Shown: positions 49,593-59,221 of the stretch, piece after piece
How positions within the stretch are numbered: position 1 is the stretch's first letter
How the letters are laid out: every line of letters begins with the position of its first letter
Origin: Candidatus Cryptobacteroides sp.
GTDB lineage: Bacteria > Bacteroidota > Bacteroidia > Bacteroidales > UBA932
DNA: 64,000 nt
Assembly (NCBI GenBank): GCA_045612265.1
Contig: JAZKYT010000018.1
Location: forward strand, 2,611 to 66,610
Direction of reading: 5' to 3'
Notes under the pieces: generated by a model
What the model was told of the DNA's origin: nothing
The model's input: the letters and a program-made list of their open reading frames with translations, nothing else
Database searches by the model: none
Translations under genes and position numbers: made by a program

Positions 49593-51746
49593 TTAGTCTT
49601 CTTTCTCCTCCTCGAGGTAAGCCTTGAGAAGCTTCTCCTGAACATCCGCAGGAACTGGCTGGTAGTCAGCGAAGTCCATTGTGAATGTTGCGCTACCTGA
49701 TGAGAGGGAGCTGAGAGTTGTCGAGTAGCGGTAGAGCTCTGCAAGTGGAACGCGCGCCTTGATTGTGTCGAATCCCTTGTCTGTACCCATACCCTCGATG
49801 ATTGCACGACGGTTCTGGAGATCTGACAAACATGCACCCATGTACTCGGTTGGAGTCATCACCTCAACAGTGTAGATAGGCTCCATGATCTTAGGACCAG
49901 CTACGCGGAATGCCTCCTTGAATGCGTTACGAGCTGCAAGAACGAATGAGATTTCATTTGAATCTACTGGATGCATCTTACCATCGTAAACGTAAACGCG
50001 GATATCACGTGCGAGTGAACCTGTAAGAGGACCTTCGCTCATCTTCTCGTTGATACCCTTGAGGATAGCTGGCATGAAGCGTGCGTCGATAGCACCACCT
50101 ACGATACAGTTGTAGTACTCGAGCTTACCACCCCATGGAAGGTCGAACTCTTCCTTACCCTTGATGTTGAGAACGAGCTCCTTACCATCAACCTTGAAAC
50201 GGTTGCCTGGATCCTCACCCTCATGATAAGGTGCGATAAGGAGGTGAACCTCACCGAACTGACCAGCACCACCTGACTGCTTTTTGTGACGATAGTCTGC
50301 AGTAGCAACCTTAGTGATTGTCTCACGGTATGAAATCTTAGGAGCTGAGAACTCGATCTCAAGCTTGTTCTCGTTCTGGAGTCTCCACTTGAGAGTGTTA
50401 ACATGCTGCTCACCCATACCCTTGAGGATAGTCTGCTTCTGCTCCTTATGGTACTCGATAACGTATGTTGCATCCTCAGCAGCGATCTTAGCCATTGCCT
50501 CGCTCACCTTCTCCTCATCCTTAGCATCCTTAGCCTTCACAGCGCAACGATACTTGTAGTGAGGGAATACGATATCCTTATAGCAGATTTCAGAACCTGG
50601 AGCGCAAAGAGTTACGTTAGTCTTTGCTGCACGGAGCTTAACTGTACATCCGATATCACCGGCGATAAGGTCAGTCACCTTCTCCTTCTTCTTACCGGCA
50701 ACTGCATAGATTGCAGAAATTCTTTCCTTGTCGCCAGTCTCAGGATTCTCAAGGTCCATACCCTCTGTAAGCTCACCTGACATCACCTTGAAGTAAGCAA
50801 CCTCACCAAGGTGTGGCTCAACAGCGGTCTTATATATGAAGAGTGATACAGGAGCCTCCTGCTTGCACTCAATTGTCTTCTCGTCCTTAGTTACACCGAT
50901 GCGCTCTGCTGGAGAAGCTGCTGTACGGATTGTGAACTCCATAAGACGCTTAACTCCGATATCCTTCTTAGCAGAGAGACAGAAGATAGGCATAACCTTT
51001 CCTTCACGGATACCTACGCCAAGACCCTTTCTGATCTCATCCTCAGAGAGTGAACCCTGCTCGAAGAATGTCTCCATCAATGTATCGTCATACTCAGCAG
51101 CACGCTCGATGAGTGCATTTCTGAGCTCTTCAGCCTCCTCAAGACGGTCTGCAGGGATCTCGAGATCCTCACGCTTTCCGTTTTCGTCAAGGAAGTGATA
51201 ATATTTCATCTTGAGAACGTCGATGAAACCGTCGAAGCCAGGACCTACATTTACAGGATACTGAACAACAACCGGCTTGCTACCGAATGTCTCCTTCATA
51301 GACTCGAGAGTAGTCTCCCACGAAGCCTTCTCGCCGTCGAGCTGGTTGACAGCCACGATGAGAGGAATCTTATATTCTCTTGCATAGCGAGAGAAGATCT
51401 GAGTACCAACCTCAACTCCCTGCTGTGCGTTTACAACAAGCACTCCTGTGTCGCATACCTTGAATGCAGATACTGCACCGCCAACGAAGTCGTCAGCACC
51501 CGGAGTGTCAATGATATTGAACTTTGTATCCATGAACTCTGCGTAAAGCGGAGTAGCATAGATCGATCTCTGGTTAATCTGCTCAATCTCAGCATTGTCA
51601 GAAACAGTGTTCTTTGCTTCTACTGTACCTCTTCTGTCAATTACCTTACCTTCGTAAAGCATCGCTTCAGACAATGTGGTCTTACCTGACTTGGTGCTAC
51701 CAAGCAGAACCACATTACGGATGTTTTGGGTTGAATAAGCTTTCAT
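49593..51746 (-). CDS. fusA2: Elongation factor G paralogue (EF-G2)
   Basis: EF-G domains (YRETI, HKKQSGGAGQFG, EPIY.VEV) with divergent G motifs GSTKSGKTT, DTPGADDF, NQLD; -7 box 51808-51815. Confidence 0.92.
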   Translation of the reverse strand: MKAYSTQNIRNVVLLGSTKSGKTTLSEAMLYEGKVIDRRGTVEAKNTVSDNAEIEQINQRSIYATPLYAEFMDTKFNIIDTPGADDFVGGAVSAFKVCDTGVLVVNAQQGVEVGTQIFSRYAREYKIPLIVAVNQLDGEKASWETTLESMKETFGSKPVVVQYPVNVGPGFDGFIDVLKMKYYHFLDENGKREDLEIPADRLEEAEELRNALIERAAEYDDTLMETFFEQGSLSEDEIRKGLGVGIREGKVMPIFCLSAKKDIGVKRLMEFTIRTAASPAERIGVTKDEKTIECKQEAPVSLFIYKTAVEPHLGEVAYFKVMSGELTEGMDLENPETGDKERISAIYAVAGKKKEKVTDLIAGDIGCTVKLRAAKTNVTLCAPGSEICYKDIVFPHYKYRCAVKAKDAKDEEKVSEAMAKIAAEDATYVIEYHKEQKQTILKGMGEQHVNTLKWRLQNENKLEIEFSAPKISYRETITKVATADYRHKKQSGGAGQFGEVHLLIAPYHEGEDPGNRFKVDGKELVLNIKGKEEFDLPWGGKLEYYNCIVGGAIDARFMPAILKGINEKMSEGPLTGSLARDIRVYVYDGKMHPVDSNEISFVLAARNAFKEAFRVAGPKIMEPIYTVEVMTPTEYMGACLSDLQNRRAIIEGMGTDKGFDTIKARVPLAELYRYSTTLSSLSSGSATFTMDFADYQPVPADVQEKLLKAYLEEEKED

Positions 51747-51834
51747 TAGTTTGTGTGTTATTGTGTTTGTATTATGTGCTTTCAGCGTCTGAAAAGACGC
51801 ATCCTTGCAAATCTAATAAAACAAACTCAGATTA

Positions 51835-52065
51835 TCAATAAGTTGAGCTATGTTTTTGATTGCAAGCCTCTCTCTTCTGCGCCCTGAGTTGAGATAGGAC
51901 CTCACTCGCGGACATCCCGAAATGAGCATAAAACTCATTGTCCAGAGAGGCATCTGCACTCCATCCGAAAGACGGAGCATCCATCATCATCTGACACAAT
52001 ACACTGAACTTGTCGCCGGCACTGACCTTGCCCTTCTTTCCGAAATCAAAATTCAAAAGTTTCAT
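51835..52065 (-). CDS. Small hypothetical protein (76 aa)
   Basis: ATG 52065 with AT-rich upstream region; LDNEFYAHFGMS.SEVL resembles a partial AraC-type HTH end; divergent from XRE gene. Confidence 0.55.
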   Translation of the reverse strand: MKLLNFDFGKKGKVSAGDKFSVLCQMMMDAPSFGWSADASLDNEFYAHFGMSASEVLSQLRAQKREACNQKHSSTY

Positions 52066-52280
52066 ATTTAATCGTCGTTTTCTACAGGCAAAGCTGACAC
52101 ATACCATCAGAATATCCAAGTCCACAAGCAAAAAACCACCGGAAATTTCGTCACATTTTTCTCTTTTTTATGATTATTGCTTTTTCTTAGTCAGTTTTTC
52201 TTGCTTTTCGTCGGTTTTTCTTGTTTAACCTGCGCCGGAGCATCGGATAATTTTGCGCCAGGATCACAAAAACAAGGGTT

Positions 52281-52667
52281 ATGGACAATCTTACCATCAA
52301 ACAGAACATCCGAAAAGCACGAAAGAAACGCAATATCACCCAGGAGGAAATGGCGGACCGACTCGGCATCTCCCTGACAGCCTATCGCGACCTTGAAAAA
52401 GGAGGAACTTCTGTGGTGCACGGCAAGGTCATAAAGATGGCAGAACTGCTTGAAACCTCCACAGAGGAAATAGTACTCGGATATCGTCCGTCGCAGCTGG
52501 AAAGCGGAACCCTTGAAGACGTCCGCGCGCAGTACGGAAATCAGATATGTACACTCGAGCAGAGGGTCGGTGACCTGGAAAAGCTCGTATGCTCACTCGA
52601 AGGCCAGGTGGCCAGCAAGGACGAAATCATTAAAATGCTTAAGAAAAGACTTGATGAGGTAGAATAG
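52281..52667 (+). CDS. XRE-family HTH regulator with C-terminal coiled coil
   Basis: NIRKARKKRNITQEEMADRLGIS..AYRDLEKG; -7 box TAATTTTG 52248-52255. Confidence 0.9.
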   Translation: MDNLTIKQNIRKARKKRNITQEEMADRLGISLTAYRDLEKGGTSVVHGKVIKMAELLETSTEEIVLGYRPSQLESGTLEDVRAQYGNQICTLEQRVGDLEKLVCSLEGQVASKDEIIKMLKKRLDEVE

Positions 52668-52687
52668 ATTGTGTATTTTTGCATGAT

Positions 52688-53299
52688 ATGCGCAATGAAA
52701 CACATCTATTGAACTTTCTCAACGCAGACCTCATTGAGGCAGGATGCGACGAAGCCGGAAGAGGCCCATTGGCCGGCCCCGTTTTCGCCGCTGCCGTCAT
52801 CATGCCCAAGGACTTCCATCATCCGCTGCTTAACGACTCCAAGAAGATGACGGAAAAGGCGCGCGAACTCCTTCGTCCGATCATCGAGAAGGAGGCAATC
52901 GCATGGGCTGTCGAAGAGGTGAGCGCAGAGGAGATTGATACCATTAATATATTGAATGCGTCAATCAGCGGGATGCAGAGGGCTGTGAGAAAGCTGAGTG
53001 TGAAGCCGGAATATCTGCTCATCGACGGCAACCGCTTCAAGCCGTTCGACGGATATGCATATCAGTGCGTCGTGAAGGGAGATGCCAAGTTCACATCAAT
53101 CGCCGCCGCATCAGTGCTCGCAAAGACATATAGGGACGAATATATGAGAAAGCTTGCACTGGAATATCCTCAGTACGGATGGGACAGAAATATGGGATAT
53201 CCGACCAAGGAACACGTTGCTGCCATCATCGAGCATGGATATACCCCGCATCATCGCAAGAGTTTTCATCTGAAGCAACTGGAACCGACATTATTTTAA
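52688..53299 (+). CDS. rnhB: Ribonuclease HII
   Basis: GCDEAGRGPLAGPV, DSKK, IDGN, KGDAK..SIAAAS.LAK, HRKSF; -7 box 52674-52681 supports ATG 52688. Confidence 0.96.
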   Translation: MRNETHLLNFLNADLIEAGCDEAGRGPLAGPVFAAAVIMPKDFHHPLLNDSKKMTEKARELLRPIIEKEAIAWAVEEVSAEEIDTINILNASISGMQRAVRKLSVKPEYLLIDGNRFKPFDGYAYQCVVKGDAKFTSIAAASVLAKTYRDEYMRKLALEYPQYGWDRNMGYPTKEHVAAIIEHGYTPHHRKSFHLKQLEPTLF

Positions 53300-53311
53300 C
53301 AGCACTATACT

Positions 53312-55426
53312 ATGAAAAGATTTTTTGCAATACTGACCGTTCTGACCGTATTCACCGGCAGAGTGATGGCAGACGAGGGAATGTGGCTGCTGCCGCTGAT
53401 CGAGAAGATGAACGGCAAGGCAATGCAGGAGGTGGGCTGCGAACTCACTCCTAAGCAGATCTATGACATCAACAACACATCGCTCAAGGATGCGATCGTG
53501 CAGTTCGGCGGCGGTTGTACTGGAGAGATCATCTCGGCAAACGGACTTCTCGTGACCAACCACCACTGCGGATATGGCAACATCCAGAAGCTCAGCACCG
53601 TGGAGCACGACTATCTCAAGGACGGATATTGGGCAATGAAGAACAGCGAGGAACTCCCTTGCGAGGGACTCACCGTTAAGTTCCTCGAGTCCATGAGCGA
53701 CGTGACCAACGTGATCAAAAAGGCACAGAAAGGCGGAGAGGAAGCTGTCCAGGAAGCGATTGCAAAGCTCGAGAGAGATGCTGAAAAGGCTAATCCTCAC
53801 TGCAAGGCAACTGTGACATCGTTCTACGACACCAACGTATATTACCTTATTGTATATAAGATCTACCGCGACGTGAGATTCGTGGGTGCACCACCTTCAT
53901 CAATCGGAAAGTTCGGTGCTGACACAGACAACTGGATGTGGCCACGTCACACCGGTGACTTCTCAATGTTCCGTGTATATAGCGCTCCGGATGGAACACC
54001 TGCTGATTATTCACCAGAGAACGTTCCGTTGAAGGCGAAGAACCACCTCAAGATCTCACTCAAGGGCGTACAGGAGGGAGACTACACCATGATCATGGGA
54101 TACCCTGGACGCACAACCCGTTTCCAGACATCTCCTGAACTCAAGTTCCAGATCGAGCAGAATGACGTTCGTATCGCAGCACGTACACTCAGACAGAGCG
54201 TTCTCCTCGAGGATATGCTTGCAGACCCTAAGGTGAAGATCCAGTATGCCAGCAAATATTCAAGCTCATCCAACGGATGGAAGAAGTGGCAGGGAATGAA
54301 GCTCGCCTTCGACAAGCTCGGTATCATCGCACGTGCGGAGCAGGAGGAAGCCGATTTCCAGGAATGGGTGAATGCAAACAAGAAGCGTCAGGCAAAATAT
54401 GGAACTGCTGTTGCAGACCTCAAGGCTGCTGTAGAGGCTGGCAGAGAGGCCAGTCTTGCTGCTACAGTTGCAATCGAGTCAATCTACAAGATCGAGCTCC
54501 CTGTAATTGCAGCAACCATGAGAAATGCATTCAGAGCCAACCTCAAATCCACAACAGACACAACCGCAGCTCTCAACGCAGCTTATGAGAAGATGCTTGG
54601 CGAGTATAAGGACTACTCTGTCTCAACCGACAGAAAGGTAGCCAAGGCGATGCTCAGATTCTACAAAGAGAACGCAGCACCGGAGAACTACCCTACAGGA
54701 CTTGGTGAGGACTTTGCAACCATGGACATAGACGCTTATGTGGACAGACTCTTTGACAACAGCGTGTTCTGTTCTGCCGAGTCATTGAAGGCAGCTATGG
54801 ACGAGGTGGGCGTGAAGATCTTTGAGGACCCTGCATACGTGGCAGCCAAGTCTCTTGTCAACAAGACATACGACCTTAATCAGCTTTCAGGCAAGTCAAA
54901 CGGAAAGCTCGCAGCAGCACGTCAGAACTACACTGCAGGCCTGCTCGAGTGGAAGGAAGGCCAGCCATCATACCCTGATGCAAACTTCACAATGCGTCTG
55001 ACCTATGGTACTGTCAAGGGGTATTCACCAAAGGATGCCGTGGTCTACAGACACTATACAACATTGGACGGCGTGATGGAGAAAGAGGATCCGGACAACT
55101 GGGAGTTTGTGGTTCCTGCCAAGCTTAGAGAGCTTTGGGAGAATGAGGATTTCGGTCAGTACGCAATGCCTGACGGCAAGATGCCTGTGGCCTTCCTCAG
55201 CAACAACGACATCACCGGAGGTAACTCAGGAAGCCCTATCATGAACTCACGTGGAGAACTCATCGGTCTTGCCTTCGACGGTAACTGGGAGTCTATGAGT
55301 AGCGATGTGATGTTTGAACCAGATCTTCAGAGATGTATTAATGTAGATATCAGATATGTCCTCTTCATCGTCGATAAGTTCGGTGGAGCGGAATGGCTGA
55401 TCAATGAAATGGATATTGTCAGATAG
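53312..55426 (+). CDS. dpp7: S46 dipeptidyl peptidase, DPP7-type
   Basis: DEGMWL, TNHHC, NWMWPRHTGDF, DITGGNSGSP; FDGNWE (Gly rather than the DPP11 Arg). Confidence 0.88.
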   Translation: MKRFFAILTVLTVFTGRVMADEGMWLLPLIEKMNGKAMQEVGCELTPKQIYDINNTSLKDAIVQFGGGCTGEIISANGLLVTNHHCGYGNIQKLSTVEHDYLKDGYWAMKNSEELPCEGLTVKFLESMSDVTNVIKKAQKGGEEAVQEAIAKLERDAEKANPHCKATVTSFYDTNVYYLIVYKIYRDVRFVGAPPSSIGKFGADTDNWMWPRHTGDFSMFRVYSAPDGTPADYSPENVPLKAKNHLKISLKGVQEGDYTMIMGYPGRTTRFQTSPELKFQIEQNDVRIAARTLRQSVLLEDMLADPKVKIQYASKYSSSSNGWKKWQGMKLAFDKLGIIARAEQEEADFQEWVNANKKRQAKYGTAVADLKAAVEAGREASLAATVAIESIYKIELPVIAATMRNAFRANLKSTTDTTAALNAAYEKMLGEYKDYSVSTDRKVAKAMLRFYKENAAPENYPTGLGEDFATMDIDAYVDRLFDNSVFCSAESLKAAMDEVGVKIFEDPAYVAAKSLVNKTYDLNQLSGKSNGKLAAARQNYTAGLLEWKEGQPSYPDANFTMRLTYGTVKGYSPKDAVVYRHYTTLDGVMEKEDPDNWEFVVPAKLRELWENEDFGQYAMPDGKMPVAFLSNNDITGGNSGSPIMNSRGELIGLAFDGNWESMSSDVMFEPDLQRCINVDIRYVLFIVDKFGGAEWLINEMDIVR

Positions 55427-55437
55427 CATTTTACGCA

Positions 55438-56496
55438 ATGGAAAAAAATATTTTAAATTGGCTCCAGGAAGTGGAGCACCCTGCGAAGGGAGACAAGAAT
55501 ATAGTTGAGCTGGGAATGGTGGAGAATGTTGAGGTGGCAGAGGGCAGCGTGACTGTGACCCTGGCCTTCTCAAAGCACCGTGACCCACTTGCGGAGTACC
55601 TCATCGGAAGCGCGAAGGCAGCGCTTATCCGCAACACTCCAGCCGGTACAAAGGTGGAGGTGAAGACCATCATCAAGAATGAGGCGCCAAAGAAGAAACC
55701 TGGCCTTGATCTCGGTTTTGAAGAAATCGCCGGCGTGAAGCACATCATCGGTATCGCTTCCGGTAAAGGTGGAGTCGGTAAGTCAACCGTATCGGTAAAT
55801 CTTGCAGTGGCACTTGCCCGCCTTGGATATAAGGTTGGTCTTGCAGACGCGGACGTGTACGGTCCATCTGTTCCTAAGATGACCGCTACTGAAGGTCTGA
55901 TGCCGGATGCAATCATGGAGGGAGAGAAAGAGGTGATTATGCCTATGGAAAAGTATGGCGTGAAGTGGATGTCCATCGGCTATTTCGCACGCCCTGAGCA
56001 GGCACTCATCTGGCGTGGTCCTATGGCCTGCAACGCACTCAAGCAGATGATTCTCCAGGTTCGCTGGGGTGAGCTCGACTTCCTTCTCATCGACATGCCT
56101 CCGGGAACAGGAGATATCCATATCAGCCTTGTGCACGACATTCCACTCGAAGGAGCAGTGATCGTGAGCACACCTCAGGATGTGGCCCTCGCTGACGTGG
56201 AGAAGGGCGTGAACATGTTCCGCAACAAGGATGTGAACAAGCCTATCTTCGGTCTTGTGGAAAATATGGCATGGTTTACTCCAGCAGAACATCCTGACGA
56301 AAAATATTATATCTTTGGACGCGACGGAGGTCTGCGCATGGCAGAGAAGTACCAGATTCCTCTCCTTGGACAGATTCCTATCGTGCAGAGCATCCGTGAA
56401 GGAGGAGACGCAGGTGAGCCTGCTGCACTTTCTACACGCCCGGACGGCCTTGCATTCGTTGCCCTTGCTGAGAAACTGGCAGCAGCATTGAAATAA
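55438..56496 (+). CDS. mrp: Mrp/NBP35 (ApbC) ATP-binding protein
   Basis: N-terminal DUF59-like domain; SGKGGVGKST, DADVYGPS, WRGPM, DMPPGTGD, ENMAWF. Confidence 0.93.
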   Translation: MEKNILNWLQEVEHPAKGDKNIVELGMVENVEVAEGSVTVTLAFSKHRDPLAEYLIGSAKAALIRNTPAGTKVEVKTIIKNEAPKKKPGLDLGFEEIAGVKHIIGIASGKGGVGKSTVSVNLAVALARLGYKVGLADADVYGPSVPKMTATEGLMPDAIMEGEKEVIMPMEKYGVKWMSIGYFARPEQALIWRGPMACNALKQMILQVRWGELDFLLIDMPPGTGDIHISLVHDIPLEGAVIVSTPQDVALADVEKGVNMFRNKDVNKPIFGLVENMAWFTPAEHPDEKYYIFGRDGGLRMAEKYQIPLLGQIPIVQSIREGGDAGEPAALSTRPDGLAFVALAEKLAAALK

Positions 56497-56542
56497 GCTG
56501 GTAACGTAACTTTGTGAGATAACCTGGTGAAGTGATATTAGT

Positions 56543-56588
56543 AAAAGTGCTGGTGACACCCATTTTCAAGGGCATTACCAGCACTTTT
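56543..56588. terminator. Bidirectional terminator mrp/tnaA
   Basis: AAAAGTGCTGGT...ACCAGCACTTTT inverted repeat with A/T flanks. Confidence 0.75.
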
Positions 56589-56630
56589 CTATTGTTCGTA
56601 TACAATGAAGCCTAAGACTTCACTGTAGGA

Positions 56631-58004
56631 TTAGAGTCTCTCAAGCTTAACTGTGAAGTGACGCATGAGCTCAGTCTCCCAAACGATCTTCACACCGCGA
56701 GTGATCTCGTGACGACGGTCGTATACGTTCTTGAGAGCAGCTGCGATCACGTCCATGTGGTTGTTTGTATAAACACGACGAGCGATGCAGAGACGGAGAA
56801 GGTCAAGACCACCGAAACGGTTCTCACGAGTTACAGGATCACGGTCAGCAAGGATGTAACCGATCTCGCAACCACGTACACCAGCCTCGATATAGAGCTC
56901 GATAGCAAGTGTCTGAGCTGGGAACTCCTCCTTAGGGATCTGGTCGAGAACGCGGTCAGCGTCTACGAAGATTGCGTGACCACCTACAGGACGCTGGTAA
57001 GGGATACCGTACTCATCGAGCTTAGCAGCGAGGTACTGTACCTGCTTGATACGAGTCTCGATTGTAGGAAGCTCTGTATTCTCGTCGAGACCTACTGCAA
57101 GAGCAGCCATGTCACGACCGTTCATACCACCATAAGTAAGGAAGCCCTCGAATGGGATACAGAATCTCTTTGCACCCTCGTACCAGTCCTCATGACGAGT
57201 AGCGATGAAACCACCCATGTTAACGAGACCGTCCTTCTTTGAAGACATTGTCATACCGTCAGCGTAAGAGAACATCTCCTTGCAGATCTCCTTGATAGTC
57301 TTGTCAGCATAACCTTCCTCACGAGTGCGGATGAAGTATGCGTTCTCAACAAAACGAGCTGAGTCGAAGATCACGCGCTTGCCATACTTATCAGCAACTG
57401 CGCGAACCTCGCGGAGGTTCTGCATTGATACAGGCTGTCCTCCTGCTGTGTTGTTAGTTACAGTAACGATTACGAAAGGAACGAGGTCGGCGTTCTCTGC
57501 AAGAACCTTCTCAAGCTTCTTAGGATCAACGTTACCCTTGAAAGGAACCTCGAGCTGAGTGTTCTTAGCCTCATCAACTGTGCAGTCGATTGCGAATGCC
57601 TTGCGGCTCTCGATATGACCCTTTGTTGTGTCGAAGTGTGAGTTACCTGGAACGATAGCGCCAGCCTTTACGAGGTGGCTGAAGAGAACGTTCTCAGCAG
57701 CACGACCCTGGTGAGTAGGGATAACATACTCGAAGCCTGTGATCTTTGTGATTGTCTCCTTGAGCATGAAGAAAGATGATGAACCAGCGTAGCTCTCATC
57801 ACCCATCATCATAGCTGCCCACTGACGGTCGCTCATTGCGCCTGTACCTGAGTCTGTGAGACAGTCAATGTAAACCTGGTCTGACTTGAGCTGGAAGAGG
57901 TTGTAATCAGCTTCCTTGATCCACTGCTCACGCTCCTCACGAGTACTCATGCGAAGAGGCTCAACCATCTTGATCTTGTACGATTCTGCAAAAGGTAATT
58001 CCAT
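56631..58004 (-). CDS. tnaA: Tryptophanase
   Basis: TDSGTGAM, GDESYAG, THQGRAAE, PLP lysine region SSKKDG, C-terminal RHFT (His; tyrosine phenol-lyases have RFFT). Confidence 0.9.
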   Translation of the reverse strand: MELPFAESYKIKMVEPLRMSTREEREQWIKEADYNLFQLKSDQVYIDCLTDSGTGAMSDRQWAAMMMGDESYAGSSSFFMLKETITKITGFEYVIPTHQGRAAENVLFSHLVKAGAIVPGNSHFDTTKGHIESRKAFAIDCTVDEAKNTQLEVPFKGNVDPKKLEKVLAENADLVPFVIVTVTNNTAGGQPVSMQNLREVRAVADKYGKRVIFDSARFVENAYFIRTREEGYADKTIKEICKEMFSYADGMTMSSKKDGLVNMGGFIATRHEDWYEGAKRFCIPFEGFLTYGGMNGRDMAALAVGLDENTELPTIETRIKQVQYLAAKLDEYGIPYQRPVGGHAIFVDADRVLDQIPKEEFPAQTLAIELYIEAGVRGCEIGYILADRDPVTRENRFGGLDLLRLCIARRVYTNNHMDVIAAALKNVYDRRHEITRGVKIVWETELMRHFTVKLERL

Positions 58005-58096
58005 GATTATAAATATTTTAAAAGTTATTAATTATATTCTTGAACTTTTCAACCGATAAAGGTAATGATTTTTAATTGAAAACAAGTCTTTTTATT

Positions 58097-59212
58097 TTAG
58101 AAAGACAGTTCAACCACAGGATGCACGTCCTTTCCGCAGAACATGTTCAATACTGAGAACTTGCGCATTCCGTCGAGTCTGATGGTTGTGAACGGATCAA
58201 GGTGCATCTGATTCGCTCCATCTGCCTTGATCACATAAGGCACACAGGTGTTGTTTGTGAGCATATATGCGGTGCCAGAAAGTTTCTGAACAGTTACGGA
58301 TGCCTTGAAGAACTCCACAAGCAGAGCCTCGCTGCCGCATAGTGTATTGAAGCCGAATGCAATAGTCCTGTCTGCTTCCAGGGCCTCACGAATACCCTTC
58401 TCTGTTCTTTCTGTTGCAAGGATCAAGGTCATCGGGCGCATATATCCATTCGCATTGAAGTGCTCGGCTGAGCTTGCGTGGATATCCGTATTCGCCGAGA
58501 TGAAAAGACCAAGTTCACGAACACGGTCAACGATACCTGGGTAGAACTCTGTGTCGTTCATCACCTCAACACCGTCGATCAGGCCCTCGCCGTAGGCTGC
58601 CTTCTCGGTTTCAGTGAAGTTGATGCTTGTTCTCCACCAACCTGGGTGATTATGCATGACCAAAGCACCCTGAGCCTTGGCATTCCTGATTGCCTGCACC
58701 GGATCCGGATCATAGACCTTGTTGTTGTCAACTGTAAAAAGGGCATTGAAATGTCCGACATCAGTACCATCGCGGGTGATCTCAGTACCAGGAATCAGGA
58801 AGAGATCCCAATATTCCGCCTCCTTCTGAGCAAGTCTCACAGGAGTGTTAAGGTCTGTCTCCACCTTTCCTTCAACATTCAGATAGGCGGCGAATTCCTC
58901 CTCTGCAGGTCTCCACTCGATATGGTCAGTGATTGCGATGATGTCCAGACCCTCAAGCCAGGCTTCCTTCATACGGAACTCCGGAGTAACACTTCCGTCC
59001 GAATATATCGTATGGGTATGAAGGTCTGACTTATAGACATTGAAGCCCGCCACCTGTTCCGGCATAATGAGTTCCTTTCGTGCTGAGCCATGAAAGTCGG
59101 CAAATCGCAGTATCTCGGGATTCTCTGCATCCACATAATAGTTCTGAGCAATGGCTGTCGATGCGCAAAGGGAAGAAAGCATCACAACCAGGATGGTCAT
59201 CAGTCTATTCAT
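58097..59212 (-). CDS. Secreted PHP-domain phosphoesterase (Sb-PDE-like)
   Basis: DLHTHT.YSDG, ITDHIE, GHFNAL, NHPGW, NTDIH. Confidence 0.85.
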   Translation of the reverse strand: MNRLMTILVVMLSSLCASTAIAQNYYVDAENPEILRFADFHGSARKELIMPEQVAGFNVYKSDLHTHTIYSDGSVTPEFRMKEAWLEGLDIIAITDHIEWRPAEEEFAAYLNVEGKVETDLNTPVRLAQKEAEYWDLFLIPGTEITRDGTDVGHFNALFTVDNNKVYDPDPVQAIRNAKAQGALVMHNHPGWWRTSINFTETEKAAYGEGLIDGVEVMNDTEFYPGIVDRVRELGLFISANTDIHASSAEHFNANGYMRPMTLILATERTEKGIREALEADRTIAFGFNTLCGSEALLVEFFKASVTVQKLSGTAYMLTNNTCVPYVIKADGANQMHLDPFTTIRLDGMRKFSVLNMFCGKDVHPVVELSF

Positions 59213-59221
59213 GTTCCTATG

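Noticed and set aside
56631-58004. Tyrosine phenol-lyase call, or a tnaC-like leader peptide
   Set aside because: C-terminal RHFT favours tryptophanase; the 92-bp upstream gap shows no Trp-containing leader ORF
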